Below are positions 56,194-64,000 of a stretch of 64,000 bases of DNA, piece by piece; the stretch's first letter is position 1; each line of letters starts with the position of its first letter. Both the position numbers and the translations under genes were made by a program. This DNA comes from a virus. The DNA is taken from the IMG/VR virus record IMGVR_UViG_3300036791_000462, positions 32,001 to 96,000 of that record; one strand, given 5' to 3'. The notes under the pieces are model-generated. The model was not told where the DNA came from, made no database searches, and worked only from the letters and a program-made list of their open reading frames with translations.

Positions 56194-56517
56194 TCACGCC
56201 TCCCTGGTGATCGCGTCACCGAAGTCGTAGGAACGGAAGCTCGACGCGCGGTAGGCAACCTCGCCGACCTCGTCGGCGTAGACGTTGCGCTGCTCGCCCT
56301 TGATCCAGACCTTCGCGCCGCGCTTGAAGACGCGGCGGACGACGTAGGTGTCGTCCCAGTCGAGGTCCACGGTGACGCTGTAGCCAGCGCCGACCTTCAG
56401 CGTGACCCCGGTGTCGCGGCGTTCGATCCTTCCGCCGCTGATCGCGAGGATGTTCATCCGCCCGATCTGCACAACGGTTTGTTGCACGTCGCACGAGCGA
56501 AACGTTTCGGTTGTCAT
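56194..56517 (-). CDS. Conserved phage hypothetical protein
   Basis: QIG...ISGG...VTVDLDWDDTYVV...VYADE. Confidence 0.6.
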   Translation of the reverse strand: MTTETFRSCDVQQTVVQIGRMNILAISGGRIERRDTGVTLKVGAGYSVTVDLDWDDTYVVRRVFKRGAKVWIKGEQRNVYADEVGEVAYRASSFRSYDFGDAITREA

Positions 56518-56522
56518 GGCAT

Positions 56523-56584
56523 CTCCTCGGTCGTTGGAGCGGCTCTCTCACCGCACCTACAGCATAGCACAGGTCGTGTGCTAG
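56523..56584 (-). promoter_or_regulatory. Repeated promoter cassette
   Basis: TAGCACACGACCTGTGCTATGCT GTAGGTGCGG...GACCGAGGAG. Confidence 0.85.
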
Positions 56585-56937
56585 CGGATGCGACTGACGC
56601 CACGTTGGCGGTCGTCGGACGGCCACGCTCGCCAGCAGACCATCGGGATATCGAGATGAAGCTCGAACGCGGGTTTGCGACCGCGCAGCTTGACGAAGGC
56701 GTACGCGCGCACGTGCGGGTGCTCGACCTGCACCTGGTCGATGTGCTCGTGGATCATCACGAACTGGAAGGTGTTGATCCCCTGCGGGTCGAGGCGCTTG
56801 ACGAGGTGCGGCGGTAGCTGGCGGTTGTAGCCAGCGGCCCTGGCGCGCTGGATCGCGGCCATCAGTTGCTTGTAGTTGCACCAGCGGCCTGCCTGCACGT
56901 CGCCGGGGAGCTTCTGGATCAGGTCGGGGTCAGTCAT
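56581..56937 (-). CDS. Hypothetical protein
   Basis: MTDPDLIQ start; QLP...LDP.GI segment resembles 14803..15210. Confidence 0.5.
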   Translation of the reverse strand: MTDPDLIQKLPGDVQAGRWCNYKQLMAAIQRARAAGYNRQLPPHLVKRLDPQGINTFQFVMIHEHIDQVQVEHPHVRAYAFVKLRGRKPAFELHLDIPMVCWRAWPSDDRQRGVSRIR

Positions 56938-57890
56938 CGGACTAGCTCGAAAACCCTGCGCTTGAAGATCAGCGGCTTGCCGTCCGGACCCTTGACGTAC
57001 GGGGCGATCCAGATCTGGCGGTAGATCGTGCGCCTGGTCCCGTCGTCGTCGCGCTCGATGTACGGCTGGTTGCGCCAGTGGCCCTGCACCATCCAGCGGT
57101 GCGACCACTGAACGTCACGCTCGTCACCCTCGTACTCGGGCGTGTTCTTGGCGCGGCGCAGGGTGAACACGACAACCTCGCGGATGTCCCGCCAGGTCGC
57201 CTTGGCGCGTTTCCAGACCGGCCGGGCGGCGCGTTCGCGGAACGGGATCGCGACTTCCTGCTGGCAGAGGCGGAAGAAGACCTTCACGTGCGCGAGCACG
57301 TCGCGGATCGTTTCGTCGTCGTCGTAGACCTTGGATGCCTGCTCGAAGCGCATGAACGTCGCGTACTCCAGCACCAGGTCGGACCCTCCGACGCGGCTGT
57401 CGTGGTAGACGGCGTCATCCACCGGGTCGCCGTCGCCCCGGTGGGAGTAGAGCGCGATCAGCAGCCCGGTGCGTTCGGGGTTGATGCTCCACTCGAACGC
57501 GCGGAACGGCATCTGCAGCCCGCGCGTGTCGGTGACGTACACCGGCTTGGCGAAGTAGGCGAAGCCGTCGGGGACCATCAGGTCGGTCAGGATCAGCGGC
57601 TCGGGTCTGAACTTCTCGGCGGCGAAGTCGATCAGTTCGACCAGGTCGCCGCTGACGTAGAACGGGTCACACTCAGGCAGGCTGGTCGTGACGAGGTGCA
57701 CCAGGTTGGACGCATAGTCGTCCAGGTTCACGTTCGTGAAGTCACCTGTCAGCGGGTCGTACGCGCCCGCGCGGATCAGGGCGCGCACGAACCCGTCAAG
57801 GTACTCGCGCCCCTCAAGCGTGCCGAACGAGCGCAGCAGCGATGTCTGCGCGTCGAGCGCTGTGTCCCACCCTTCGTTGCGAACAGTCAC
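56934..57890 (-). CDS. Conserved actinophage hypothetical protein
   Basis: C-terminal WSHRWMVQGHWRNQPY...IWIAPYVKGP. Confidence 0.7.
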   Translation of the reverse strand: MTVRNEGWDTALDAQTSLLRSFGTLEGREYLDGFVRALIRAGAYDPLTGDFTNVNLDDYASNLVHLVTTSLPECDPFYVSGDLVELIDFAAEKFRPEPLILTDLMVPDGFAYFAKPVYVTDTRGLQMPFRAFEWSINPERTGLLIALYSHRGDGDPVDDAVYHDSRVGGSDLVLEYATFMRFEQASKVYDDDETIRDVLAHVKVFFRLCQQEVAIPFRERAARPVWKRAKATWRDIREVVVFTLRRAKNTPEYEGDERDVQWSHRWMVQGHWRNQPYIERDDDGTRRTIYRQIWIAPYVKGPDGKPLIFKRRVFELVR

Positions 57891-57914
57891 GTCAGGTTCC
57901 TCGGTCGGTACTGC

Positions 57915-58340
57915 TTACCTGTCAGTGTACTCAAGCTCGAAGTAGCGCGCGACACGCGGGTCTTCGCGCATCCCGTCCAGTCGTGCGAACACCTCATCGA
58001 AGTAGGTGCGCAGCCCCTTCTGGGAGAACCGGGCGACCGGCTCTGAGCGCGTCAGCCCAAGCCCCTCGAACAGGGTGTAACTCTGTGAGGTGCCGATCCG
58101 TCGTCCGTCCTGGTAGATCGTCTCCTCGGTGACGCGGCTGATTGACGAGTAGTAGCTCCGGGGGCTGGTGTTGCCGCTGAAGTAGTTGATGCCGCCCTTC
58201 GTGTAGCCGACGCGGAAGCTGGCGTACTCGCGGCGCTCCTCGCCGTCGCGTCCGCCGTTGTCGGTGCTGACAAGAAAGTCGGCGGTGATCGTCCGCGCGT
58301 TCGTGTTGACGGTGATGCGCGGTTCGGTGGTGGTAGTCAT
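57915..58340 (-). CDS. Hypothetical protein
   Basis: GACCGAGGAG RBS. Confidence 0.55.
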   Translation of the reverse strand: MTTTTEPRITVNTNARTITADFLVSTDNGGRDGEERREYASFRVGYTKGGINYFSGNTSPRSYYSSISRVTEETIYQDGRRIGTSQSYTLFEGLGLTRSEPVARFSQKGLRTYFDEVFARLDGMREDPRVARYFELEYTDR

Positions 58341-58384
58341 GGTTCTCCTCGGTCGTGTTGGTCAGGCGGTCGCGGCCCGGAAGA

Positions 58385-58804
58385 TCACCCGTAGACGATC
58401 TCTCCGAGCAGCGCGACCTGGGCGATCACGTCGGCAGCATCAGCGTCGATGTTCCCGGCGTCGTTCTCAGCGTCGGCGACCATGATCATCGCCCGCAGCC
58501 GGTCGTTGATTCCGATCTCGCCGCGCTTGATCTTGCCGAGCCCTCGCGCGACGGCGTCGAAGTCAAGGTCGAGCCCCTCGTCCTTGTAGCCCGTCTCGTC
58601 GTCGTTCATCTCGTGCAACGTGGCGCGTGTGTCGTCGCCCTGCCGCTTGCCGGTGTAGACGCTGAGCTTGCCGTCGAAGATCCCGGAGTAGTCGCCATAC
58701 TGGTACTGGCTCACCTGTGCCCAGTAGCCGGTCCCGCCCTCGACGGCGGTGGTGATGATGTCGGCGAGGAACTGTTTGCGCTCCTCGGTTCTGGCTCGTG
58801 TCAT
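58385..58804 (-). CDS. Conserved phage hypothetical protein
   Basis: TAVEGGTGYWA...IDADAADVIAQVALLGEIVYG. Confidence 0.65.
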   Translation of the reverse strand: MTRARTEERKQFLADIITTAVEGGTGYWAQVSQYQYGDYSGIFDGKLSVYTGKRQGDDTRATLHEMNDDETGYKDEGLDLDFDAVARGLGKIKRGEIGINDRLRAMIMVADAENDAGNIDADAADVIAQVALLGEIVYG

Positions 58805-59008
58805 CGGTTACCTCCCCAGCTTGTCCAGCGCCACGCTGATCCGCGCGGCGGCTGAGCCGATCCTGGCGCGCTCGCCGAGGGTGGATCCGCGTTCGTCCAG
58901 CACCTCGCCGAGGTCCATCACCTCGCTCAGCGCGGTCTTGAGTAGCTCGCGGACGGTGAGTTCGCCGAGCGTTCGTGTTGCTCGTAACGTCTCCTGTCCC
59001 ATGTGTTC

Positions 59009-59067
59009 CTCCTCGGTCATTGCGGTCTTCTGACCGCACCTACATCGTAGCACACATCGTGCGTCAG
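59009..59067 (-). promoter_or_regulatory. Repeated promoter cassette
   Basis: TGACGCACGATGTGTGCTACGAT GTAGGTGCGGTC..GACCGCA..GACCGAGGAGG. Confidence 0.85.
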
Positions 59068-59657
59068 TCGCTGGGAAGGTACAGGCCCTTCGGGTTGCGC
59101 GTCGTGGTCATCCCGACGATGTCGATGGGCACGTACCCCTCCATCCCCGACTCGCAGATCGCGTCGATGATCTCTCCCGCAGGCCAGCCCTCGACGGGCG
59201 CGTGCGCGAGCGCGATCCACCCCGCCTCGTCCAACGGCCCGAGCATCTCCAGGAACGCGAGCGCCGACGGCGAGAACGGCTCGCGCGGCGTCAGCTTGAT
59301 CACCGGGCCGGTTGCCGAGTTCGGGCGGCCCCACGCCCAGATCAGGCCCTTGCCGTGCGGACGGTGCCGAACGTTGGCTTTGCCGACCCAGACGCCCTGG
59401 ACGGTCTGGTCGTAGCTCCAGAGCGTCGGGTCAACGATCACCGCCTTGTCGGCGTAGCAGTCGTCGCCGAGCACCAGCCAGGAGTGCTGGCCGGGTACGC
59501 CCTGGCAGAACCCGCGTGCTACACGGCAGGTGCCGAAGCGCCCGGAGCGCATCAGCGCGACGCTCGCGGCGTGGCAGCGGTGTGCCCAGTCGTCCAGTGG
59601 CGCGAGTGTCTGTTCAGCCAGGTCGGCTAGGGCGACCCGGAAGGGTTCGTAGGTCAC
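59064..59657 (-). CDS. Papain/transglutaminase-like Cys-His-Asp protein
   Basis: RCHAASVAL...GQHSWL...IVDPT. Confidence 0.55.
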   Translation of the reverse strand: MTYEPFRVALADLAEQTLAPLDDWAHRCHAASVALMRSGRFGTCRVARGFCQGVPGQHSWLVLGDDCYADKAVIVDPTLWSYDQTVQGVWVGKANVRHRPHGKGLIWAWGRPNSATGPVIKLTPREPFSPSALAFLEMLGPLDEAGWIALAHAPVEGWPAGEIIDAICESGMEGYVPIDIVGMTTTRNPKGLYLPSD

Positions 59658-60129
59658 CGCCCGTACAGCGCCTGGGAGCGCCTGTCGCGCGCCTCGGCAG
59701 CGAGGTCGCGCACCGGTGCGGTCTTGCCCGTCTTGACGAGCGATGCCAGGCCCACGAGCCCGATGAACTCGCCCTCCAGTGTCTGGACGTAGCACATGCC
59801 CATCGTCCCGTTGGCGGGGCAGCCGAACGGCTGGGTCTTCTGCACCTCGCGGCCTGCGTAGGCCATCACGCGAGCGCTTGTCAGGTCGAGCAGCCCTCCC
59901 GGCTCAAGCCGGTAGACAGCCTTGTTCTTGGTCTTCGCCATCACGCCACCTCCTCCATTTCGATCTCGGCCTCGTAGAGCGTCTGGCCCAGCCGGTCGGC
60001 GCAGCGTGCGCACGACAGGTACCAGTCGAGCACCGGGTGCTTGCACGCGCCCTCTGCGGCCCGGTCGCATTTCGCGAACGCTTGGCAGCGGACGTTGTCG
60101 CTGGCCTCCAGTGTCTTCGTCATGTCGCC

Positions 60130-60195
60130 CTCCTCGGTCGGTTGGTGCGGCCCCTCTGACCGCACCACCAGTATAGCGCACATCGTGTGCTCTAG
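60130..60195 (-). promoter_or_regulatory. Repeated promoter cassette
   Basis: GCACACGATGTGCGCTATACT GGTGGTGCGG..CCGCACC..GACCGAGGAG. Confidence 0.85.
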
Positions 60196-60395
60196 CTGAC
60201 GCTGCTGAGGACGCCGTCCACGATCTGGTAGTTGACGGGCTCGTCGCTCTCGACAACGCGCGTGTCGCGGACCAGGGTCCAGCGCATGGACAGGTCGCGA
60301 ACGTACATCTGCGCCTCGGCCTCGGTCGCGAAGCGCAGCGCGTTCCCGGCCCACGTGCCGCTGTCGTCAGCGATCACCTCTGCTTTGAAGCTCAT
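60192..60395 (-). CDS. Small conserved phage protein
   Basis: SFKAEV...WAGNALRFATEAEA...RW. Confidence 0.6.
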   Translation of the reverse strand: MSFKAEVIADDSGTWAGNALRFATEAEAQMYVRDLSMRWTLVRDTRVVESDEPVNYQIVDGVLSSVS

Positions 60396-60989
60396 GTTTC
60401 ACCTCCCCTCTCCACTAGCTCGACAAGGGTGTCGGGATCGACCCAGCGCAGCGTGGTCCGCAGCCCCTGTGGGGTTACGTCGAGCCGCGCGAGCTTGACC
60501 TTGTCGGAGCGCTGGCCGTCGAAGTAGATGACCGTCTCGTACAGCGCCTTACCGCCGACGATGCGGATCCGCTTGTCGCCCTCGTAGCCGATCAGATCCC
60601 ACGCGCGGACGACGCCCCACCAGTCCACGGTGTTGGTGCAGGTCGTACATTCGACGCGGCCGTCCGGCCGGTTGATCGTGTCGCGGTCTTCGTAGCAGAC
60701 CGCGCACCACATCAGCGGTCCCCCCTCAGCGATGCGCGCACGGCCTGGCGGCTGCGCTTGTCCTTGCGCACGCGGCCCTTGCCGGACTTGCCCATCGCCC
60801 CGGCGCTGTTGCGCTGGTGGGCAGCGACGGCGACCCAGGAGCGAACCTTGGTCTGTTTGGCGCTCATGCCCACAACTCCTCATCGAAGTGGTGCCAGAGC
60901 GGCGAGCGGCCGTACTGCGAGTCGGTCCACGGCGCGTCGAGCGCGTTGATCCAGCTTTGGATCCATGCCCTGAGCTTTCTCATCGCTGC

Positions 60990-61054
60990 CTCCTCGGTCG
61001 GTGGGGGCGGGGCCTCTCTCCCGCACCACCAGTATAACACACAACGTGTGTTAG
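60990..61054 (-). promoter_or_regulatory. Repeated promoter cassette
   Basis: Near-perfect palindrome TAACACACGTTGTGTGTTA then TACT; GACCGAGGAGG. Confidence 0.85.
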
Positions 61055-61242
61055 CTGCGTGCCCGGAGAACTGCGCGGCCCTTGTCGGTGATCCGCCAGC
61101 GCTCATGCGCGTTGCGCGACACGAGCCCGCGCTCCTCCAGCCGCCAGAGCACGTCGGAGCGGACGCCCAGCCACTTGGCGGTACGTCCGTTGCCGAACTC
61201 CAGCGAGCCGAGCACGGTCATCTGTCGGCGCGTCAGCTTCAC
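61051..61242 (-). CDS. Small winged-helix protein
   Basis: LTRRQ...LWRLEERGLV...WRITDKG. Confidence 0.6.
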   Translation of the reverse strand: MKLTRRQMTVLGSLEFGNGRTAKWLGVRSDVLWRLEERGLVSRNAHERWRITDKGRAVLRARS

Positions 61243-61432
61243 GAGTCGTCGTCCTGCGCGTAGGGGTCGCGCCAGCCTCTGTCTTCACCGGCTCGCCACG
61301 CCGCCCACGAATCGAGTTCGTCTTCGGTATCCATCGCGAGGTCGAGCAGCCGGTCGCGTTCCGCCAACTCGTCGTCAGTCAGCTTGCGCTGGCGCGGCAG
61401 CCCCCACCCGTAGTCCTGGCTGTCCCAGGTCA

Positions 61433-61672
61433 TCACGCCTCCAGCGCCCGAGCGAACCCGAACGTGGCCTTGGTCTTGGTGGTCGCGGCCTCGGTCAGCA
61501 TCACCGCGCCGACGTTGATCGTGATCGTCTCGCCGTCGGTCGTGATGAACTGGCGGATCCCGTCGTCGTCGCCCATCGTCCGGCGCTTCAGCGTCGAGCC
61601 GATATCGGCGGCGCGGCCCTTGACGGTCCTGGCGAGCCCGTTTGCGAAGTACAGAGTGGTCGCTGCGTCCAT
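61433..61672 (-). CDS. Hypothetical protein
   Basis: Follows promoter repeat. Confidence 0.55.
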   Translation of the reverse strand: MDAATTLYFANGLARTVKGRAADIGSTLKRRTMGDDDGIRQFITTDGETITINVGAVMLTEAATTKTKATFGFARALEA

Positions 61673-61681
61673 CCTTCAGGC

Positions 61682-61747
61682 CTCCTCGGTCGGGGGAGAT
61701 TGCGCCCTTGGGGGCGCACCTAAAGAATAGCACACATCGCGCGCTAG
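61682..61747 (-). promoter_or_regulatory. Repeated promoter cassette
   Basis: TAGCGCGCGATGTGTGCTATTCT TTAGGTGCGCCC..GGGCGCA..GACCGAGGAGG. Confidence 0.8.
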
Positions 61748-62415
61748 CGCACCCTGCGAGAGTGCCCTTTGATGAAGTGCGTCGGCTGTCCCTTCACGTG
61801 TCCCTTCGCGCTGTTCGTCATCTTCGCGATGGACGTTCTCTGACCGCAGCCGCACTCGCACAATCCGGGACCGAAGACCGGTTCTGGACGCTCAACTCGA
61901 TCCCAGGTGTCCCCTCGTACCGCCATCTGCACGGTCGAGATCGAGACGCCGTATTCGTCGGCGAGAGCACGGCTGCGTTCGCCTGTGTGGTAGCGCTCGC
62001 GAATCGCTCGCACGCTCTCCAGGGTTAGCCTGCTCGCCTGCCGCTCGCGGTCGTACATATCGGCGGCGTTGTCGCGCTGGCTTCCGCCAAGCAGATGCGA
62101 CGGGTTACAGCAAGGCGGGTTGTCGCAGGTGTGTCTGACTGATCGCGGCAGCGTGCCGTGGGTCAACTCGAAGATCAACCGTGTGGCTTGCCGAACTTTT
62201 TGGCCTCCCTCCACCACGACCACAAGCTGCCCGTAGCCATGGCTCTGCCTTCCCACCCAGAGCCAGCACTCGTCCGGTCCGCGAACGTCAACCTTCGCCC
62301 ACAGCCGCTCGATCAGTCGCGAGGTCCACGGCGTCTCAGTACCCGTCGTCGTCGCTGTCGTCGTCGCTGCCGTGGAATCCATTGCTGTCGTCGTAGACGT
62401 ACGAGCCGTCGTCAC
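61744..62415 (-). CDS. HNH endonuclease (HNH_3 type) with HTH and CECGCG tail; start uncertain
   Basis: CWLWVG...GYG...VRHTCDNPPCCNPSHL...DN..D; ALADEYGVSISTV. Confidence 0.85.
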   Translation of the reverse strand: MTTARTSTTTAMDSTAATTTATTTGTETPWTSRLIERLWAKVDVRGPDECWLWVGRQSHGYGQLVVVVEGGQKVRQATRLIFELTHGTLPRSVRHTCDNPPCCNPSHLLGGSQRDNAADMYDRERQASRLTLESVRAIRERYHTGERSRALADEYGVSISTVQMAVRGDTWDRVERPEPVFGPGLCECGCGQRTSIAKMTNSAKGHVKGQPTHFIKGHSRRVR

Positions 62416-64000
62416 GGCCTGGGGAATACTCCATCGAGTCTTCGCGCAGCGTCGAGCGCTGGAACCCCAGTTGTTCCATCTCGTCTATGGACGTGATCTC
62501 CTCGCGACCCACCTGTTGCCGTATCCAAAGACATTCCGACGCAACAACAGAGTAGCAAAAGGCTTGCATGTAGTCGTCGGGACCGTCGGCGCGGTAGAGC
62601 ACCTTGACCTTGCCGAGATCGTCCTGCTCGACAGAGCGGACGTTCGAGCACATCTGCGCGACGAATGCTTCAGGGAGGTCTTGGGGGAGGTGTTCGCGTT
62701 GGGCGCGGATGCGTTCCTGGGCAGCGTCTATCGCCTCGGTGCGCCGCACGCTCGCGCGGCGTTGGAGGTCGTTCACGGTCAGCACGTCCTTCTGCTCGCC
62801 GGTGGCGTAGTTGACGATGAACACGCGACCGGCGAAGCGGTTCGCAAACGCTGCCGCGAGACGCCCTTCGGGGAGGTGGTCGATGCCTGCCATGTTCACC
62901 CGGAAGCGGTCCATCAGCTTCGCGAGATCCTCGAAGCTGTCCACCAGCCCGACGTGCAGCGCGCGGCTCTGGGTGTCGCTCGTGTGCTCGCTGACCCACA
63001 CGTTCAGCGAGCGGGTGCTCGCGACATCGACGCCCATCGTGACGGGGTTGGCCCCGGTGTACGCCTGCTGCTGGGTGTAGTCGCGCTGGGCGGCAGCGAT
63101 CATCGCAGCGGTCAGCCTCGCTCCCTCGGCCTCCCACGGCTCCCCGAGATCGCGGTTGTAGAAGACCTGGCGGCGGTAGACCACCTGTTCGCGGGACGCG
63201 GCGATCAGCTTCGGAACGATCTCCTCGCTGGGGAGGATCAGCTTTGTCACGTGGTAGCCGCGCACGTCACGGCCGGGGTAGGTCGCGACCCACTCGCCGA
63301 CGGCGACGTTCAGTGGACCGCGACGACACTGAGAACACACCCTGCCGCCGCGATCCAGGTCTATGTTCTCAGGCCACCGCACCGCCTGCCACAGGCCGCA
63401 GAACTCGCAGCGGACAGTCCACTCGCGCTGGTCACTCTTGTCCCACTCCTTGTGGATCCCGTGCTGAGAGATCGTCGGGAAGCCGATCCGGCGGATCAAC
63501 CCGAGCGAGTCCTGCCCGCCGACACGGCGCTCGGCGATAGGGATGTGCGCCTGGACCAACAGGTCGTGCTCATCGAGGCACAGCGCGTCGGCGTCGATGC
63601 TCTCAAGCCCGGCCTCGGCCTCGCTGCCTCGGAAGTAGCAGATCCCGAGCCCCACGGACTTCAGCGTCTTGTTCATCACGCTGGCGGGCGGGACGCGGGT
63701 GCGGAGGTACTCGCCGAGAATCAGCGGTTTGATGCGCCCGTCGGAGAAGTCGAGTAGCTGACGTTCGCGTGGGAACAGGTAGAGCACGCGCGCACCGTGC
63801 ATGTCGGCCCAGCACAACGCCCAGCGCACGAGCCACGCGGAGATCCCAAGCTGGGTCGCTTTCATCACCACAACCTCTTTGTCATCGAACCCCTGCTCGT
63901 AGAGTTCGCGCTGGAACGGCCAGCGGCGGAAGTCGAGCGGGCCTTTGGATTCGGGCACCTTGATCGCCCAGTCCAGGAAGCTCGCGCGGCGCTGCTCGGC
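62336..64000 (-). CDS. terL: Terminase large subunit, lambda GpA-like (5' end beyond window)
   Basis: PFQRE adenine-binding motif, MKATQLGIS Walker A, LCLDEHD Walker B, CEFC/CSQC, MGVDV nuclease motif; frame open to 64000. Confidence 0.9.
   Translation of the reverse strand, partial: AEQRRASFLDWAIKVPESKGPLDFRRWPFQRELYEQGFDDKEVVVMKATQLGISAWLVRWALCWADMHGARVLYLFPRERQLLDFSDGRIKPLILGEYLRTRVPPASVMNKTLKSVGLGICYFRGSEAEAGLESIDADALCLDEHDLLVQAHIPIAERRVGGQDSLGLIRRIGFPTISQHGIHKEWDKSDQREWTVRCEFCGLWQAVRWPENIDLDRGGRVCSQCRRGPLNVAVGEWVATYPGRDVRGYHVTKLILPSEEIVPKLIAASREQVVYRRQVFYNRDLGEPWEAEGARLTAAMIAAAQRDYTQQQAYTGANPVTMGVDVASTRSLNVWVSEHTSDTQSRALHVGLVDSFEDLAKLMDRFRVNMAGIDHLPEGRLAAAFANRFAGRVFIVNYATGEQKDVLTVNDLQRRASVRRTEAIDAAQERIRAQREHLPQDLPEAFVAQMCSNVRSVEQDDLGKVKVLYRADGPDDYMQAFCYSVVASECLWIRQQVGREEITSIDEMEQLGFQRSTLREDSMEYSPGRDDGSYVYDDSNGFHGSDDDSDDDGY

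Noticed and set aside
4899-61747. Dispersed repeats as a CRISPR array or integron attC sites
   Set aside because: Spacing is irregular and gene-sized, each copy carries a -10 and RBS, and no cas or integron integrase is visible
61744-62415. HNH as part of an intron splitting terL
   Set aside because: terL reads through its nuclease motifs to a natural acidic C-terminus; the HNH gene lies downstream

Overview
GC-rich tailed-phage DNA, almost entirely encoded on the minus strand. An actinobacterial host is inferred from leaderless TANNNT promoters, amidase and GH19 lysins, and an RlpA-like gene. Reading in transcription order (right to left): lambda-GpA-type terminase large subunit (cut by the window edge), an HNH nuclease, about 10 kb of small early-type genes, portal, a MuF head-morphogenesis fusion and three more large multi-enzyme proteins, a two-endolysin lysis cassette, an orphan HicA, tRNA-Glu, SSB, accessory enzymes, a Zeta-kinase/RelA-SpoT fusion, more small genes, and virion proteins at the left edge. 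No major capsid, prohead protease, integrase, polymerase or CRISPR array is visible. Two features stand out. (1) Seven otherwise unrelated proteins share a short peptide tag (8 copies). Six copies read exactly [LI]-x-E-[ASV]-x-[WF]-x4-HPRGRGG[KE]W, which is a T4-gp21-like cleavage site at a fixed distance from an HPRGRGG motif. The tag precedes ADP-ribosyltransferase, GNAT, 2H-phosphoesterase, cytidylate kinase, Zeta kinase, RelA/SpoT, ParB-like, zincin and HicA cargo domains. I infer a capsid-packaged, protease-matured, injected effector system. (2) About 18 copies of a palindrome, extended -10, stem-loop and GACCGAGGAG cassette punctuate the small-gene regions, and its first triplet is often the stop codon of the upstream gene. 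All family assignments come from motif recognition by eye, not database searches.
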